From Octopus bimaculoides (lineage: Eukaryota), in the NCBI RefSeq assembly GCF_001194135.2, contig NC_069000.1, positions 30,922,792 through 30,961,549 of the forward strand: DNA of 38,758 nt, in the 5' to 3' direction. The notes below the pieces were generated by a model, which was given only the letters and a program-made list of their open reading frames with translations, was not told where the DNA came from and ran no database searches. Shown here piece after piece: positions 36,061 to 38,758 of this stretch (the first letter of the stretch is position 1; each line of letters starts with the position of its first letter). The position numbers and the translations under genes were made by a program.

Positions 36061-36285
36061 TTTCTTTATTGCCCACAAGGGGCTAAACATAGAGGGGACA
36101 AACAAGGACAGACAACGGGATTAAGTAGATTACATCTACCCTAATGCATAGCTGGTACTTATTTAATCGACCCCGAAAGGATGAAATGCTAAGTCGACCT
36201 CGGCGGAATTTGAACTTAGAACGTAGCGGCAGACGAAATACTGCTAAGCATTTCGCCCGGCGTGCTAACGTTTCTGCGAGCTCAC
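36061..36285 (-). mobile_element. SINE family A with variant 3' tail
   Basis: Well-conserved body gttagcacgccgggcgaaatgcttagcagtatttcg...gttctaagttcaaattccgccgaggtcgac...tttcatcctttcggggtcgattaaataagtaccag; the tail ends gggcaataaagaaa. Confidence 0.92.
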
Positions 36286-36868
36286 TATTTTCTACGTTTG
36301 TCTACATTTGTTCTTTGTTTTGGAAAGATAATCTTTTGTGATTAATTGCATGGTTGACTGCTATCTCTAGCAGATAAATTGAATGCCTTGAGACACCTTT
36401 GTTGGCTCATGTTACATGTAGCTCTCAGTTCTACTTCAGCGCTAACTGAATTGAGGCATGAGCAAGTATAAACCGTCTGTGAATATTCTGTCTTTTAAGT
36501 GGTATGTAGCAAGATACAATTCAATGTGACTTTTCACTTTAAAGCCAGAGTTTTCTGATATGGAGGAGATTTTTACTACTGTTACTTGTAGGTCGAATAA
36601 CTGCGTCGATTAACTTTGTTTAAAGTTCTTACGGGGCGTTAATTTTAAGTGTTTCAATGTTGCAAGGATAAAATTTTAAGTAAACAATTTCAGTGATATG
36701 TTAAGAGATTTTAAGGGTCATTTGTATGGAATATGATACAATTTCTAAAATACAATATTTAAATATTTATATGATTGTATTACATTTGAATGTAATATGG
36801 AAGTGTCTTTATATGTTCTGCAATCGAATATCATATGTATTCATTACCGCTATACTAGCTTAGCACAG

Positions 36869-36908
<40 letters not shown>

Positions 36909-37223
36909 GCACTCACACACAGACAAACCAGCGCGCGCACAAAAATATGTGTACATGTGTCTGAGTGTGCGTATGTGTGGATGTACGTGTGCATGCATGC
37001 ATACGTGAAGCCGATGGGTTTTTCCTCCCCAAACTTGAGTCAGCCAGAGCCTCTAGTGACAGTTATACGCCTAAGGTGTTGCGCAGTAATATTCAACACG
37101 GAATTACACCCATGCGTGAAGTATATACGTGAAGCATATAAGTGTGGGTGTGCATGATTGACTGAATGTCTGGATGTATACGTTTATAGGAATACAAAAA
37201 GCACAGGTGCACAAACGCACACG

Positions 37224-37269
<46 letters not shown>

Positions 37270-37908
37270 CGAAAGAAATATAGAGAGACAGTCATACAGA
37301 CAGACAAAGAAAGAGAGAGAGAGAAACCGTTACAACTACATAACTGTGTACATACATTAATACAAACTTTCAAACGGAAATTTTTGAACATCGAAGAAGG
37401 ATAATTAAACGGATTAGAACGAAAGCCGATATAGATAATTTAGTTTCCGTTGCAAATAGCAAATATGGCAAACCTGTTGCGTATTATTAATAAATATGGC
37501 GACTAATCTTTTTAGGAGGTCAGCATTGATCTAATTCATCGGCTTATAACGGTCAAGCAATAGTTATTCAGCAGATTGAAATAGGAATATGGTGTAGTTT
37601 TATTGACAACAGAGTCAATACAGTGACATATTAACAAACTAATGCATCAGTATTTCTGCGCACGTTTATTAAACTATTGTAGACTGTATAGTATAAGGTA
37701 TTGATGGTGTATTGAGGAAGGAAAATACAAAATGCTCCATGCTATGAATCTTTATGCCTTAGCTATTTTTCTTTCACTAGAAATCTCATTAGATTCGATA
37801 ATATGGAGAGAAAATATATATATCATAACATTTTGTTTATTTTTAGTGAAATGCTGTTTATCGAGCTGAATTAAGCTATTCAATTTTTCTATCAGTATGT
37901 TGTCCAAC

Positions 37909-38128
37909 GAAGGCGTTGAGCGGGCAGGAACGTTAGCACGCAGGGCGAAATGCTTAGCGGTATTTCGTCAGCCGTTAAGTTCTGAGTTCAAATTCCGCCG
38001 GGGTCGACTATGCCTTTCATCATTTCGGGCTCGACAAAATAAGTACCGATCGAGCCCTGGGGTCGATATAATTCTCTTAACCCCTGCCCGCGAACTTGCT
38101 GGCCTTGTGCCAACATTTGAAACCAATA
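37909..38128 (+). mobile_element. Near full-length SINE family A
   Basis: gaaggcgttgagcgggcaggaacgttagcacgcagggcgaaatgcttagcggtatttcg...ttctgagttcaaattccgccggggtcgactatgcctttcatc...ttgctggccttgtgccaacatttgaaacc. Confidence 0.92.
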
Positions 38129-38716
38129 TGGTGTCGAACATAAAGTGATTAAAATTATGATTTTTAATGAGGAGTAGCCTGACAGAATGAGCAAAACTAT
38201 AGACCAACTAATATGATGATATACATACATATGTCTGTGTGTGTATATCCAAATGCTTGTATACATAGGCTTGTGTGTGTATATCCATAGCCTATGGATA
38301 TATATAATATATATAGATAGGCTTATATATTATCAAATTATCAAAATCCGTGGCACGCAAACATAAACATATATCTGATAATACAACTGTTTGCAGTATT
38401 ATTGTTATATTACTTAAAAGTTTATGCTTGCGTTCGGTATCTGAAGGTTTGATTATTGGGAAGTAATGCTCATCGTATACCCAGAGTATTTAGAGAAAAA
38501 TAAACAGGAGTTAGTCGCACGTCTCCCGATGAACCGCTCACAAACGGTTGTTTTTGAAAAACATTCATCTATATAGTAATTATTTTTAAAATGGTCTTCT
38601 ATAATGTTATATGAATATAAACTCATCAACATAAAGCTAGTGTGCTGTGCAGAAACAAATGTTATGATTTACTATCTAAGCCTGGTATCCTCCGTCCTTG
38701 TAATATAATATTCTTA

Positions 38717-38758
<42 letters not shown>

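Noticed and set aside
1-38758. CRISPR array, rRNA, operon or prokaryotic defence system
   Set aside because: There is no repeat-spacer periodicity and no dense coding; the sequence is eukaryotic repeat-rich DNA.

Overview
AT-rich, microsatellite-saturated eukaryotic DNA with 11 N-gaps (about 3.9 kb in total). The SINE repertoire (tRNA head plus CORE-like or Meta-like middle domains, and internal (TA)n/(GT)n arrays) looks like an octopus draft assembly; that taxonomic call is inference from repeat recognition. Essentially all ORFs in the supplied track are artefacts of microsatellites, N-runs or antisense reads of decayed TEs. Supported content: about 15 SINE copies or fragments; four decayed fragments of RLE-type (R4/Dong-like) non-LTR retrotransposons; a full-length but dead DD41D-like (rosa-type) Tc1/mariner with both TIRs and TA duplications; a 3' fragment of an Hsmar1-like mariner; and Helitron-like termini enclosing a Penelope-like piece and a SINE. 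A host gene is only suggested. The best evidence is a + strand first coding exon encoding a signal peptide (2038-2109, ACCATGG ... CAG|GTGAGT), with weaker candidate exons further on. I found no convincing novel multi-gene system. The most unusual observations are small-scale: a perfect 17-bp hairpin over the transposase start codon, a SINE-like copy with twin-priming inversion geometry, inverted SINE pairs that could form dsRNA, and a degenerate hammerhead-like motif.
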